From: Actinomycetes bacterium
GTDB lineage: Bacteria > Actinomycetota > Thermoleophilia > Gaiellales > Gaiellaceae
Reading direction: 5' to 3'
Length of the DNA: 42,791 nt
Assembly: GCA_030598925.1 (NCBI GenBank)
Contig: JAUVPB010000001.1
Location: forward strand, 1-42,791
Shown here: positions 9,803 to 19,882 of the stretch, one piece after another
Layout: each line of letters starts with the position of its first letter
How positions within the stretch are numbered: position 1 is the first letter of the stretch
The notes under the pieces: model-generated
Database searches by the model: none
The model's input: only the letters and a program-made list of their open reading frames with translations
What the model was told of the DNA's origin: nothing
Program-made: the position numbers and the translations under genes

Positions 9803-12800
9803 ATGAAACGGATCGGTGTCGACGTTGGCCGAACGTTCACGGACCTGATCCTGGTCGACGAAGAGTCCGGGAGCGTGACTGTCGACAAGGTTCCGTCCAC
9901 GCCCGATGATCCGGCCCGCGGGACGGTCGAGGGTATCCGCGAGTTGTGCTCGAAGGCGGGCGTCGCGCTCTCGGATGTCGACAATCTGCTGCATGGCACG
10001 ACCGTCGCGACCAACATCGCGCTGACGCACACGGGCGCCGAGGTTGGGATGCTCACGACCGACGGGTTCCGGGACATTCTCCACATCGCACGCCACAAGA
10101 AGCCGTACAACTTCTCGCTTCAGCAGGAGCTGCCGTGGCAGTCGCGACCGCTGGTCAAGCGCCGCCACCGGCTGACGGTCAAAGAGCGCGTGACGGTGCC
10201 ACATGGCGACGTGCTCGAACCGCTCGACGAGAAGGAGGTCCGCGAGCGCGTCCGCGAGCTCAAAGCGGCCGGCGTCGAGGCGATATCGGTCTGTCTGCTC
10301 CACTCGTACTTGAACCCGGCCCACGAGCAGCGAGTCAAGGAGATCGTGCTCGAGGAGTTTCCAGAGGCCTATCTGTCGGTGTCGCATGAGGTCCTGCCGC
10401 TGTACCGCGAGTTCGAGCGATTCTCCACGGTGTGCCTGAACGCGTACGTCGGCCCGAAGGTGGCGACGTACGTGGGGCGCTTCGATCAGGCCGTGCGCGA
10501 AGAAGGCTTCAAGCATGGAATCCAGCTCATGCAGTCGTCGGGTGGTATGGCCACGGTCGAGTCGGCCACTCAGCGACCGGTCAACATGCTGATGTCGGGC
10601 CCGGTCGCTGGTCTGATCGGAGGCATCTGGGCGGGCAAGCTGTCCGGCTACGACAGCGTTGTCACGCTCGACATCGGCGGCACGTCGGCCGACATCGGCG
10701 TCGCAGCTGACGGACAGATGCGGATGCGGCACCTGCTCGACACGAAGGTTGGCGACTACCAGGCGATGGTCCCGATGGTCGACATCGACACGATCGGCGC
10801 CGGCGGCGGCTCGATCGCGTACGTCGACGAGGGCGGCGTGTTCCGGGTGGGTCCACAGTCGGCGGGCGCCGAGCCCGGACCCGCCTGTTACGGGCGCGGT
10901 GGCGCCGACGCGACATCGACCGACGCGCAGCTGCTGCTCGGTCGCTTGCGACCCGATCGAGGCTTGCTGGGCGGCAACATGCAGCTCGACGTTGGCCTGG
11001 CCGGAACGGCGATGAAGGGCGTCGCGGACGAGCTCGATATGAGCGTCGAAGAGGCCGCGCTCGGCGCGCTGCAGGTGCAGATGTACGGGATGACACAGGC
11101 GATCGAGGTCAACTCGGTGCGCCGTGGCTACGACCCGCGTGACTTCACGCTCGTTGCGGCCGGCGGCGCGGGTCCGCTCTTCGCGTGCGACATCGCCCTC
11201 GAGCTCGAGATCCCTCGCGTGCTCGTTCCACCCTACCCCGGCATCGTGGCAGCGACCGGCCTGCTGGCGACCGACCTTCAGCATGAGTTCGTGGCGACGG
11301 AACGCCATCAGCTCAAGGAGCTCGATCATGCTCGGCTCGGCACCCGCTTCGACGAGCTCGTCGCCCAGGCCGTTGAGCGGCTCGAAGCGGACAACGTGCC
11401 CGACGACAGGCGCATCATCCGTCGCCTCGCCGATTGCCGATATGCGGGCCAGGGCTATGAAGTGCGTTTCGACGCCCCGGCCGGGGCCGTCAGCGACGAT
11501 TGGGTGATGCAGCTGAAGGAGGCGTTCCACCGCGCGCACGAGGCCGAGTACGGACAGCGCTTCGATGCGGAAATCGAGATCATCAACATCCGCGCCGTCG
11601 GTATCGGCCGGGTCACGGAGCTGCGGCTGAGCGAGGTCGCGACCGCCAGCGGCGACGTTGCACGGGCACAGATCCTGGAGCGCGACGTGACGTTTGACGT
11701 CGATGGCGTAGCCGAGCGGCGCCTGACGCCCTTCTACGAGCGCGACCGCCTGCGGGCGGGTGACACGATCGATGGACCGGCGGTGATCGAGCAGTACGAC
11801 ACGACGACCGTGATTCCCCCCGGCCTCTCAGCCGAGATCGACAAGTACGGCAACATCGTGATCGATTGCACGACCCGGGCCAAGAGCGCTGAGGAGCGGA
11901 GCGCTGCGCTGGCGACGCCAATCCTCATGCGCGTGATCGGCGGTGCCCTCAATTCGATCGCGAAGGAGATGGCCGGCGTTCTCTACCGGATGAGCTACTC
12001 GTCGATCATCCGCGAGTCGGAGGATCTCGGAGCCGGACTCTTTGACAAGGACGGGAGCAACCTGGCCGAATCAGACTCGACGCCGATGTTTATGGGCGCC
12101 ATGCCGAAGATCGTCAAGGGCGTGATCAAGACGCTCGGCGACGACATCCAGGAGGGCGACGTCATCCTCCACAACGATCCCTACCTCGGTGCCACGCACT
12201 CGCCCGACGTCGCGATCGTGATCCCGATCTTCCACGGCGGTGAGCTCGTCGGCTTCTCGGGTGCCTCGGCCCACCTGCTCGATATCGGCGGCGCTTACCC
12301 GGGCCTCGCGATCGATCTGGTCGACAACTGGTCGGAGGGCAACATCTACCGCGCCGTCAAGCTCGCCGAGGGCGGGGTCTGGCAGGACAAGCTGTGGCAG
12401 CACATCCTCGAGAACACGCGGACACCGACACACAACGCCGGCGACATCCAGGCGATGATCGCGGCATGTGAGCTCGCGCGCACCCGCTACGTCGAGCTGA
12501 TCGAGCGCTACGGGAAGGAAACGGTTCTCGGAGCAGCGGCGGGCTGGCTCGACTATTCGGAGCGGATGCTCCGCCAGGAGATCGCCAAGGTCCCCGACGG
12601 TCGTTACGAGACCGAGATCGGCTGGCTCGACGACGATGGCGTCAACCGCGGCAAGATGCTCCCTGTCCAGGTTGCGGTCGAGATCAAGGGCGACGAGGTC
12701 ACGTACGACCTCACCGGCTCGAGCGACGAGGTTCCGACTGGATTCAACGTCCCGTTCGAGGGTACGACGGTCTCGGCGATGACGTTCATTACCCGCATGA

Positions 12801-13681
12801 TCTTCCTCGACGAGGAGGCCTACCCGGTCTTCGTCCCCCAGAACGAGGGAATGTTGCGTCCCGTGCACGTGATCGCGCCGAAGGGATCGATCTTCAACCC
12901 GAATTTCCCACGCGCGTGCTTCGCGCGGTTCTGCCAGGCGCAGCGCGCAGTAGACCTGGCGCAGCGCTGCCTCGCTCCCGTTATTCCGGAGCAGATAGCA
13001 GCCGGCAGCTCGGCTCACCTGCACTTCATCTCCTACTCCGGGTTCGACGACGAGGAAGGCGAGTACTGGGTGTACCTCGAGGTCGACGAGGGCTCCTACG
13101 GTGGCCGGCACGGGCGCGATGGACTCGACTCGGTCGACTCACTGATCGCCAACACGCGCAACAACCCGATCGAGGAGCTCGAGTGGCGCTTCCCGATGCG
13201 TACAGAGCGCTACGAGCTCCGCGACGAGCCCGCGCCACCCGGGAAATGGCGCGGCGGTATCGGAATAGTCCGCGTGAACAGGTTTCTCGAGGACTCGATC
13301 GTCACGTGCGAAGGCGAACGCCACGACGGCGACCCGCCCTGGGGGATCTTCGGCGGCCACGACGGTCTTAACGCCGGGCTACGCCTGCTCGGATCAGACG
13401 GCAGCGTCGAGCACTGGCCCGCGAAGTTCAGCGGCAAGACGCTGCCGGCCGACAGCGCCATCGAGATCACGGTGCCTAGCTCGGGCGGCTACGGAGACCC
13501 ACTCGAGCGCGAGCCCGAGCAGGTCGTCTCGGACATTCTCGACGGGTTCACGACGCTGGAGCAGGCGCGCGATGACTACGGCATCGTGATCGACGAGGAC
13601 TCGATGGCTGTCGACGTGACCGCGACGGAGGAGCGCCGAGCGCGCTTGCGCGCCGAGTCGGAGGCCGTCGCGACGACATGA
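9803..13681 (+). CDS. Fused hydantoinase/oxoprolinase A+B (ATP-dependent 5-oxoprolinase / N-methylhydantoinase / lactamase family), 1292 aa
   Basis: The N-terminus MKRIGVDVGRTFTDLILVD..., ..LDIGGTSADI.. and ..IDTIGAGGGS.. form an ASKHA-fold HyuA. The C-terminal half (from about residue 700: ..ILMRVIGGALNSIAKEM...NDPYLGATHSPD..) is HyuB. RBS GGTGGAG lies 7 nt upstream. Confidence 0.9.
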   Translation: MKRIGVDVGRTFTDLILVDEESGSVTVDKVPSTPDDPARGTVEGIRELCSKAGVALSDVDNLLHGTTVATNIALTHTGAEVGMLTTDGFRDILHIARHKKPYNFSLQQELPWQSRPLVKRRHRLTVKERVTVPHGDVLEPLDEKEVRERVRELKAAGVEAISVCLLHSYLNPAHEQRVKEIVLEEFPEAYLSVSHEVLPLYREFERFSTVCLNAYVGPKVATYVGRFDQAVREEGFKHGIQLMQSSGGMATVESATQRPVNMLMSGPVAGLIGGIWAGKLSGYDSVVTLDIGGTSADIGVAADGQMRMRHLLDTKVGDYQAMVPMVDIDTIGAGGGSIAYVDEGGVFRVGPQSAGAEPGPACYGRGGADATSTDAQLLLGRLRPDRGLLGGNMQLDVGLAGTAMKGVADELDMSVEEAALGALQVQMYGMTQAIEVNSVRRGYDPRDFTLVAAGGAGPLFACDIALELEIPRVLVPPYPGIVAATGLLATDLQHEFVATERHQLKELDHARLGTRFDELVAQAVERLEADNVPDDRRIIRRLADCRYAGQGYEVRFDAPAGAVSDDWVMQLKEAFHRAHEAEYGQRFDAEIEIINIRAVGIGRVTELRLSEVATASGDVARAQILERDVTFDVDGVAERRLTPFYERDRLRAGDTIDGPAVIEQYDTTTVIPPGLSAEIDKYGNIVIDCTTRAKSAEERSAALATPILMRVIGGALNSIAKEMAGVLYRMSYSSIIRESEDLGAGLFDKDGSNLAESDSTPMFMGAMPKIVKGVIKTLGDDIQEGDVILHNDPYLGATHSPDVAIVIPIFHGGELVGFSGASAHLLDIGGAYPGLAIDLVDNWSEGNIYRAVKLAEGGVWQDKLWQHILENTRTPTHNAGDIQAMIAACELARTRYVELIERYGKETVLGAAAGWLDYSERMLRQEIAKVPDGRYETEIGWLDDDGVNRGKMLPVQVAVEIKGDEVTYDLTGSSDEVPTGFNVPFEGTTVSAMTFITRMIFLDEEAYPVFVPQNEGMLRPVHVIAPKGSIFNPNFPRACFARFCQAQRAVDLAQRCLAPVIPEQIAAGSSAHLHFISYSGFDDEEGEYWVYLEVDEGSYGGRHGRDGLDSVDSLIANTRNNPIEELEWRFPMRTERYELRDEPAPPGKWRGGIGIVRVNRFLEDSIVTCEGERHDGDPPWGIFGGHDGLNAGLRLLGSDGSVEHWPAKFSGKTLPADSAIEITVPSSGGYGDPLEREPEQVVSDILDGFTTLEQARDDYGIVIDEDSMAVDVTATEERRARLRAESEAVATT

Positions 13682-13745
13682 GGCGGGCCACGCCGACGCG
13701 TGACGCTTCGCCCTTCAACGACGTGAGGGCCGGACACAGCAGGAC

Positions 13746-15206
13746 ATGAGGATCGAGGGCGAGCCGTTCGAGCCGCTCGACGTGACGCTGCCGGACGTTC
13801 TCGACGCCGCGACGAGCGGCGGCTTCATCGACGGCGGGAGGGAGATTCCGTACGGCGACCTAGCGGCTCGCGCACGCCGGCTCGCGAACTGGCTCGTGAG
13901 CGAGGGGGTCGAGTCGGGCGACCGGGTTGCGGTGCTCGGATCGAACCGCGTGGAGACGGTGGTGGCGCACTACGGCGCGGCTCGCGCCGGGGCGATCGTC
14001 GTCCCGCTGTCAACACGAGCGGCGCCGGCCGAGCTCCTGCGTGTGCTCGAGCACGCCGAGGTTTCGATCGCGTTCGCCGAGGAGGAGTTTCGGGACCACC
14101 GATTCATCGAGGTGCTCGAATCGCTCAACCCTCGGCTCCCGTCGCTTCGGACGATCGCGTCGCTCGACGGTCTCGACGACCTAGCTCCGGTCGAAGCGGT
14201 CACGCTGCCCGACGTCACGGCGTCGGACCCGGCGCTGCTCATCTATACGTCCGGCACGACGGGCGCGCCCAAGGGGTGTCTCCACGCCCATCGCTCGTAC
14301 GTATCGAGCGCGGCCGTCACGTGCCGCCTCAAGGCGCTCACGCTCGACGACCGGATCATCGCCAGCGTTCCCTTCTTCAACGCCTTCGGAATCGTCAACT
14401 GCGTCCTCGAGGGCCTGCACTCGGGCGCTTCGATCGTCGTGCAGCCGGCGTTCGACCCGGCCGACACTCTCCCGCTCATCGAACAGCAGCGCGTCACCGT
14501 CCTGCTCGGAACGCCAACGATGTGGATTCGCCTGCTCGAGCACCCTGACTTCAGGCGACGCGACCTCTCGTCACTTCGCACGGGGACGATGGCAGGCGCC
14601 CCGGCGCCACCCGAGATCGTCGCGCGCTGGCGCGAGCTGGGTTGCGACCTCATGCTGATCTATGGTCTGTCAGAGGCGACGTCGATCCTCGCCAACGGTC
14701 GGCCGACACCAGGAATCGACGTCGAGATATCGGAGGATGGTGAGCTGCTCGCGCGTGGGTACAACCAGATGCTCTGCTACTTCCGGAACGACGGGGCGAC
14801 ACGAGATTGCGTGCGGGGTGACTGGATCCGGACAGGCGATCTCGCCGAGCTCACAGACGAGGGGACGGCGCGCATTCTCGGCCGCTTGGACGACATGCTG
14901 ATTGTCGGCGGCTTCAACGTGCAGCCGGCTGAGATCGAGAACGCGATCCGACAACACAACGGCGTGGCGGACGCCGCCGTCTTCGGGCTTCCCGACGATG
15001 ATCTCGGCGAAGTTCCCGTGGCCTGGGTGATTCGGCGCTCGCGGGAGAGCCCCGATGAGGCTGGTCTTGTCGCCGCCTGCCGCGAACGGTTGGCTCGGTA
15101 CAAGGTGCCGCGAGCGATCAGGTTCGTCGATGAGTTCCCTTTGACCGCCAACGGCAAGGTGCAGCGGTATCGCATGCGCCAGACCATGCTTCAGGAGACG
15201 GTCTGA
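13746..15206 (+). CDS. AMP-dependent synthetase/ligase (acyl-CoA ligase)
   Basis: AMP-binding core LIYTSGTTGAPKGCLH, ..YGLSE.., ..GDWIRTGDL.. and C-terminal ..GKVQR. Confidence 0.9.
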   Translation: MRIEGEPFEPLDVTLPDVLDAATSGGFIDGGREIPYGDLAARARRLANWLVSEGVESGDRVAVLGSNRVETVVAHYGAARAGAIVVPLSTRAAPAELLRVLEHAEVSIAFAEEEFRDHRFIEVLESLNPRLPSLRTIASLDGLDDLAPVEAVTLPDVTASDPALLIYTSGTTGAPKGCLHAHRSYVSSAAVTCRLKALTLDDRIIASVPFFNAFGIVNCVLEGLHSGASIVVQPAFDPADTLPLIEQQRVTVLLGTPTMWIRLLEHPDFRRRDLSSLRTGTMAGAPAPPEIVARWRELGCDLMLIYGLSEATSILANGRPTPGIDVEISEDGELLARGYNQMLCYFRNDGATRDCVRGDWIRTGDLAELTDEGTARILGRLDDMLIVGGFNVQPAEIENAIRQHNGVADAAVFGLPDDDLGEVPVAWVIRRSRESPDEAGLVAACRERLARYKVPRAIRFVDEFPLTANGKVQRYRMRQTMLQETV

Positions 15207-15241
15207 GCTGAGCGTGCGGGTGCCCGCGCTACGGTTGGGCA

Positions 15242-15655
15242 ATGACCGACCAGCTTCAGATCACGCGCGGCTGCAGTGTCCCGCTCGATGAGCTCGAATG
15301 GCGCTTCAGCCGCTCCGGCGGGCCGGGCGGTCAGCATGTCAACAAGACCGAGACGCGAGTTGAGGTCCGTCTCGACGTCGATGCCGCCACGTGTCTCGGT
15401 CCACGGCAGCGACAGCGCATCGAAGAGCGCCTCGGGTCGGTCGTTCGCGTCACGGTGTCCGATACGCGATCGCAGGCGCGAAACCGCGAACTCGCGCTGG
15501 AGCGCCTGCAAGAGAAGCTCAGGCGCGCGTTGGCGAACGAGAAGAAGCGCGCGCCGACCAAACGCACGCGCGCCTCGAAGGAGCGGCGCCTCGCCGACAA
15601 GCGCAGGCGCAGCGATGTGAAGCGCACTCGCGGGCCGGTACGAGGGGACGACTGA
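15242..15655 (+). CDS. arfB: Alternative ribosome-rescue factor ArfB (peptidyl-tRNA hydrolase, YaeJ family)
   Basis: GGQ motif in SGGPGGQHVNKTETRVEV, plus a basic C-terminal tail (KKRAPTKRTRASKERRLADKRRRSDVKRTR); 137 aa. Confidence 0.9.
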   Translation: MTDQLQITRGCSVPLDELEWRFSRSGGPGGQHVNKTETRVEVRLDVDAATCLGPRQRQRIEERLGSVVRVTVSDTRSQARNRELALERLQEKLRRALANEKKRAPTKRTRASKERRLADKRRRSDVKRTRGPVRGDD

Positions 15656-15713
15656 GGCTGGGCTGGCCGGGCGGCTCCGCTGACGCTCTCGACTCCGCTT
15701 GCTCTCTCGTGTG

Positions 15714-16910
15714 TTACTCGACCGCGCCGGCTTCGCGGAGCTTGTCGATCTGCTCGTCCGTGTAGCCGGCGGCCCCGAGAATCTCGTCGGTGTGCGCGCC
15801 CGGCTTGGGCGCGACGGTTCGTACGGATAGCGGCGTTCGCGAGAGTTTTGGCGCGACCCCGACCTGCTTCACGGGTCCGCTCGCGCCCGGCACCTCGAGG
15901 ATCATCTCGCGATCCTGGATCTGCGGATCATGCTCCAGCTCGTCGAGTTCGAGCATGCGGTTTGCGCACAGGTCGGTCTCGTTGAGCCATGCGAACAGCT
16001 CGTCCCGTGTCTTCGCTTTGAACGCCGCCGCGAAGGCGTCCCGTACCTCGGGGTGCTTGTCGCGTTCCCACGCATAGGCGATCAGGTCGTCGCGCCCGAT
16101 CGTGCGGCAGAGGTTCGCGTAGAACCAGGGCTCGAGCGATCCGATTGTGATCCATTTTCCGTCCGCGGTCTCGTAGACCTCGTACTGCGGGAGTGTGCCC
16201 GTGTAGATCGAGCTCCCCCGCTCGGGCAGCTCGTTGTTGCCGTAGAAGGCCGAGATGAACTGTGCGAGCAGGTACGTGACGCCGTCGGACATTGCGGCGT
16301 CGACAAGCTGGCCTTCGCCGCTGCGCTCTCGCTCGAAGAGTGCCGCGAGCACGCCCATCGCGGCCATCAGACCGCCGCCCGCATAGTCGGCGATGAGGTT
16401 CTGCGGTATGACCGGACGCCCGCTGCCCTCGCCGATCAGACTCAAGGCTCCTGCGTGGCCGATGTAGTTGAGATCGTGACCGGCGAGCAGCTTGTACGGG
16501 CCGGTCTGGCCGAAGCCCGTCACCGAGCAGTAGACGATGCGCTTGTTCAGCTCGCGAAGCGTTTCGTAGTCGACGCCGAGGCGTTTCACGACGCCGGGTC
16601 GCATCTCCTCTACGACGACATCAGCATCCCGGGCGAGTCCGTAGAAGACCTGTCGCGCTCGCTCGTCCTTCAGGTTCAGCCCGAGGCTTCGCTTGTTGCG
16701 ATCGAGCGCGTCGGCCTCGGTGCCACGCCACTCGATCAGGGGGCGGTCGGGCGCGGCTCCCGCCTGCTCGGCTCGCCTACCGTCCGGCGGCGCGGGGTTG
16801 TGAATGCGAATGACGTCCGCGCCCAGGTCGCCCAGGATCATCGTGCAGTACGGGCCCGGCGCCAGACGCGTGAGATCGAGGACCGTAATGCCATCGAGTG
16901 GGCCAGGCAT
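15714..16910 (-). CDS. Family III CoA-transferase (CaiB/BaiF; alpha-methylacyl-CoA racemase-like)
   Basis: [33 protein letters not shown]... is the family III signature. I chose the internal ATG at 16910 (MPGPLDG) rather than the track start at 17000. Confidence 0.88.
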   Translation of the reverse strand: MPGPLDGITVLDLTRLAPGPYCTMILGDLGADVIRIHNPAPPDGRRAEQAGAAPDRPLIEWRGTEADALDRNKRSLGLNLKDERARQVFYGLARDADVVVEEMRPGVVKRLGVDYETLRELNKRIVYCSVTGFGQTGPYKLLAGHDLNYIGHAGALSLIGEGSGRPVIPQNLIADYAGGGLMAAMGVLAALFERERSGEGQLVDAAMSDGVTYLLAQFISAFYGNNELPERGSSIYTGTLPQYEVYETADGKWITIGSLEPWFYANLCRTIGRDDLIAYAWERDKHPEVRDAFAAAFKAKTRDELFAWLNETDLCANRMLELDELEHDPQIQDREMILEVPGASGPVKQVGVAPKLSRTPLSVRTVAPKPGAHTDEILGAAGYTDEQIDKLREAGAVE

Positions 16911-17019
16911 GAGCGATGTTGTAGCCGATCTCGCGGCGCAGCGGCAGTCGCTGCGGACGCCACGTGGGCGCGGCGCTCGCCCGTTTCCGAACGGCAACAC
17001 GCACCCGTATCATTCCTGG

Positions 17020-18642
17020 ATGGCGACGATCGATCGCGCGAAGGCGAAGGCCGAGCATGCCCGAGCTCTTGATTCGACGATGTCGGGCATCCGGGTCGAG
17101 CCGCTCTACAGCCCCGAGAACAGTGACGTCGACTACGCGCGGGATCTTGGCGATCCGGGCGAAGCGCCCTATACGCGTGGCGTTTACGGGAGCATGTACC
17201 GCGGTCGTCTGTGGACGATGCGCCAGTTCGCCGGCTTTGGAACTGCCTCTGAGACGAACGAGCGCTTCCGCTACCTGATCGACCACGGCCAGACGGGTCT
17301 TTCGGTCGCCTTCGACATGCCGACGCTGATGGGTCTCGACTCGGACCACGCGCGTTCGATCGGCGAGGTGGGGCGTGAGGGCGTGGCCGTCGACTCGTTG
17401 CAGGACATGCGCGAACTCTTCGCTGGCATCTCGCTCGGGGACGTCTCGACCTCGATGACGGTCAACTCATCTGCCGCGATGCTGCTTGCGCTGTACCTCT
17501 GCGTCGGCGAGGAGCAGGGCACGGGTCGCGATCAGCTCCGTGGGACGATCCAGACGGACATCCTCAAGGAATACATCGCTCAGAAGGAATGGATTTATCC
17601 GCCTGAGCCTTCGATGCGCCTCTGCGTCGACATGATCGAGTTCTGCGCGAACGAGATGCCGCTTTGGCACCCAGTCTCGATCTCCGGCTATCACATCCGG
17701 GAAGCCGGATCGACGGCTGCCCAGGAGCTCGCGTTCACGCTTGCCGACGGCTTCGCCTACGTCGAGGAGTCGATCGCACGCGGCCTCGATGTCGACCACT
17801 TCGCACCGCGGCTCTCGTTCTTCTTCAACGCGCACATCGACTTTTTCGAGGAGATCGCGAAGTACCGCGCCGCTCGACGTATCTGGGCGCGCGAGCTCAA
17901 AGAGCGCTACGGCGCCAAGGACGAGCGTTCGATGCGAATGCGTTTTCACGCGCAGACGGCGGGCGTGTCGCTGACGGCACAGCAGCCGGAGGTCAACATC
18001 GTGCGGACCGCGCTCGAGGCGCTCGCCGCCGTGATGGGCGGCTGCCAGTCGCTTCACACGAACTCCTATGACGAAGCTCTTGCACTGCCCAGCGAGCACG
18101 CGGTCAAGATCGCGCTACGCACGCAGCAGGTGATCGCCCACGAGACAGGCGCAGCATCGACGGCCGACCCGCTCGGAGGCTCGTACTTCGTCGAGGAGCT
18201 CACCGACGAGTTGGAGCGACAGGCCTACGCCTATTTTGAGCAGATCCGCGAGCTTGGTGGCGTGATTCCGGCCATTCGCGAGAACTTCTTCCAGCGCGAG
18301 ATCGCCGACGCCTCGTTCAGGTTCCAGAGCGAGGTCGAGGAGGGGGAGCGCACGATCGTCGGCGTCAACGCGTACGAGGAGCCGGAAGACGATCGTCTCG
18401 ACCTGCTCACGATCGACCTCGAGTTCGAGGCGAGGCAGATCGCGCGCGTGCAGGCTCTGCGGGCTCGTCGGGACAGCGGGGCGGTGGAGAGTTGTCTCGC
18501 ACGAATCAAGGCTGATGCGGCCGGCGAGACAAACCTCATGCCGGCCCTGGTTGATGCCGCGAAGACAGACGTGACGATGGGCGAGATGTGTAACGCGCTG
18601 CGCGACGTCTGGGGCGTCTGGCGAGAGACGCCCGTCTTCTAG
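17020..18642 (+). CDS. Coenzyme-B12 acyl-CoA mutase large (substrate-binding) subunit without a B12-binding domain; isobutyryl-CoA-mutase-like active-site signature
   Basis: [33 protein letters not shown]...[10 protein letters not shown].. is the mutase TIM-barrel domain. It is 540 aa, so it lacks the C-terminal cobalamin domain. It has Phe in RQFAGF and Gln in YIAQKEW where methylmalonyl-CoA mutase has Tyr89 and Arg207. Start taken at MATIDRAK (17020). Confidence 0.82.
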   Translation: MATIDRAKAKAEHARALDSTMSGIRVEPLYSPENSDVDYARDLGDPGEAPYTRGVYGSMYRGRLWTMRQFAGFGTASETNERFRYLIDHGQTGLSVAFDMPTLMGLDSDHARSIGEVGREGVAVDSLQDMRELFAGISLGDVSTSMTVNSSAAMLLALYLCVGEEQGTGRDQLRGTIQTDILKEYIAQKEWIYPPEPSMRLCVDMIEFCANEMPLWHPVSISGYHIREAGSTAAQELAFTLADGFAYVEESIARGLDVDHFAPRLSFFFNAHIDFFEEIAKYRAARRIWARELKERYGAKDERSMRMRFHAQTAGVSLTAQQPEVNIVRTALEALAAVMGGCQSLHTNSYDEALALPSEHAVKIALRTQQVIAHETGAASTADPLGGSYFVEELTDELERQAYAYFEQIRELGGVIPAIRENFFQREIADASFRFQSEVEEGERTIVGVNAYEEPEDDRLDLLTIDLEFEARQIARVQALRARRDSGAVESCLARIKADAAGETNLMPALVDAAKTDVTMGEMCNALRDVWGVWRETPVF

Positions 18643-18650
18643 ACGCCGCC

Positions 18651-19268
18651 TTGCTTTCCAGCGATTTCTGGCAGCGGTCACTCCCGATCGCGGAGCGGTG
18701 TCGCGACCACCCGTTCGTGCGGGGAATCGCGTCCGGCGAGCTCGAACGGGCGGCATTTCAGCGCTATGTAGCCCAGGACGCATTCTTCCTCGACGCGTTC
18801 GCTCGGGCCTACGCGCTCTGCGTCGCCAAAGCGCCCGATCGGGAGACCGTGACGGGCTTCAAGGCGCTTCTGGATGCAGTCGACGACGAGCTCGGGCTCC
18901 ACCGCTCGTACGCTGAGCGCTGGGGTGTTGGGCTGACCGCCGACCCGACGGAGCCGACGCGGGCCTACACGGATTTCCTGCTCCAGGTCGCGTCGCTCGA
19001 GCCGCCGGGGCACGCGGCCGCCGCCATGGCGCCCTGCATGCGCCTGTACGCCTGGCTCGGCCAGCAGCTCGCGCCCGTCGCATCCAAGGACTCGCCATAT
19101 GCGGAGTGGATCGACACGTACGCATCCGGCGAGTTCGAGGAGCATGCGGCGGCACTCGAGGAGCTTCTGGACACGCTTCCGAGCGACGTGGGCACCGCGG
19201 GCGCCCACTACGCGAGAGCAATGCGGCTCGAGCTCGCCTTCTTCGAGTCGTCACTCGGCACCCAATGA
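18651..19268 (+). CDS. TenA/thiaminase II family protein (Cys-containing type)
   Basis: HPFVRGIASGELERAAFQRYVAQDAFFLDAFARAY and APCMRLYAWLG (Cys at the position of the TenA catalytic Cys in LPCYW). TTG start, 205 aa. Confidence 0.78.
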   Translation: MLSSDFWQRSLPIAERCRDHPFVRGIASGELERAAFQRYVAQDAFFLDAFARAYALCVAKAPDRETVTGFKALLDAVDDELGLHRSYAERWGVGLTADPTEPTRAYTDFLLQVASLEPPGHAAAAMAPCMRLYAWLGQQLAPVASKDSPYAEWIDTYASGEFEEHAAALEELLDTLPSDVGTAGAHYARAMRLELAFFESSLGTQ

Positions 19269-19882
19269 CCCTGACGACCGCGCAGCTCCTCTCGCGTCAC
19301 GGCGAGCTGTGGGAGGCAGCGACGACTCACAAGTTCCTCGACCAGGTGCGCGACGGATCGCTGCCCGAGCCGTCGTTCGCACGGTGGCTCGAGCAGGACT
19401 ACCTCTTCGTCGTGGGGCTCGCGCGGGCCTGGGGCCAGCTGCTCCGGCTGGCTCCCGTGGAGGACTTCCCGCTTCTCGCGGGCGGCATCGCGGCATTCAG
19501 CGATGAGCTCGCCTGGTTCGGGGAGATCGCGAGCTCGCGGGAGCTCTGTCTCGAGTCGAAGCCGGAGCCGACCGCAGCCGCCTACGTCTCATACCTCGAT
19601 CATGTGGCTCGGGAGCCATACGCGGTGGCGATGACGGCGATGTGGGGCGTCGAGGCTGCATACCTGCAAGCGTGGCAGGGCGCTCGCAGCGACACCGAGC
19701 GATACGCGGACATCGTCGAGCACTGGGCTAGCGACGAATTCGAGGCGTTCGTCGCCGCTCTTGCGGCCAGCGTCGATCGAGAGCTCGCCGCTAATTCCGA
19801 GTTGCAGGGCCGGGCCGAACAGGCCTTCAAGGACGTAGCTCGACACGAAGCTTCGTTCTGGGATTTGGCCACGACGTCCTGA
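19265..19882 (+). CDS. TenA/heme-oxygenase-like family paralog lacking the catalytic Cys
   Basis: THKFLDQVRDGSLPEPSFARWLEQDYLFV is TenA-like, but the equivalent of the PC motif reads MTAMWGVEAAY. Also 205 aa. ATGA overlaps the upstream tenA-like gene. Confidence 0.7.
   Translation: MTLTTAQLLSRHGELWEAATTHKFLDQVRDGSLPEPSFARWLEQDYLFVVGLARAWGQLLRLAPVEDFPLLAGGIAAFSDELAWFGEIASSRELCLESKPEPTAAAYVSYLDHVAREPYAVAMTAMWGVEAAYLQAWQGARSDTERYADIVEHWASDEFEAFVAALAASVDRELAANSELQGRAEQAFKDVARHEASFWDLATTS

Noticed and set aside
9347-11539. 730-aa ORF on the minus strand, opposite the hydantoinase/oxoprolinase gene
   Set aside because: It is antisense to a gene with unmistakable family motifs. Its translation is Arg/Ala/Gly/Pro-rich low-information sequence, as expected for stop-poor alternative frames in GC-rich DNA. 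I see no motifs and no sensible start context.
16990-17016. Minus-strand GGAAT...GTT upstream of the CoA-transferase gene as a second SigH/R-type promoter
   Set aside because: The spacer is 19 nt to the GTT at 16990-16992, and 13 nt to the one at 16996-16998, instead of 18. This is not good enough to call without a genome-wide motif model.
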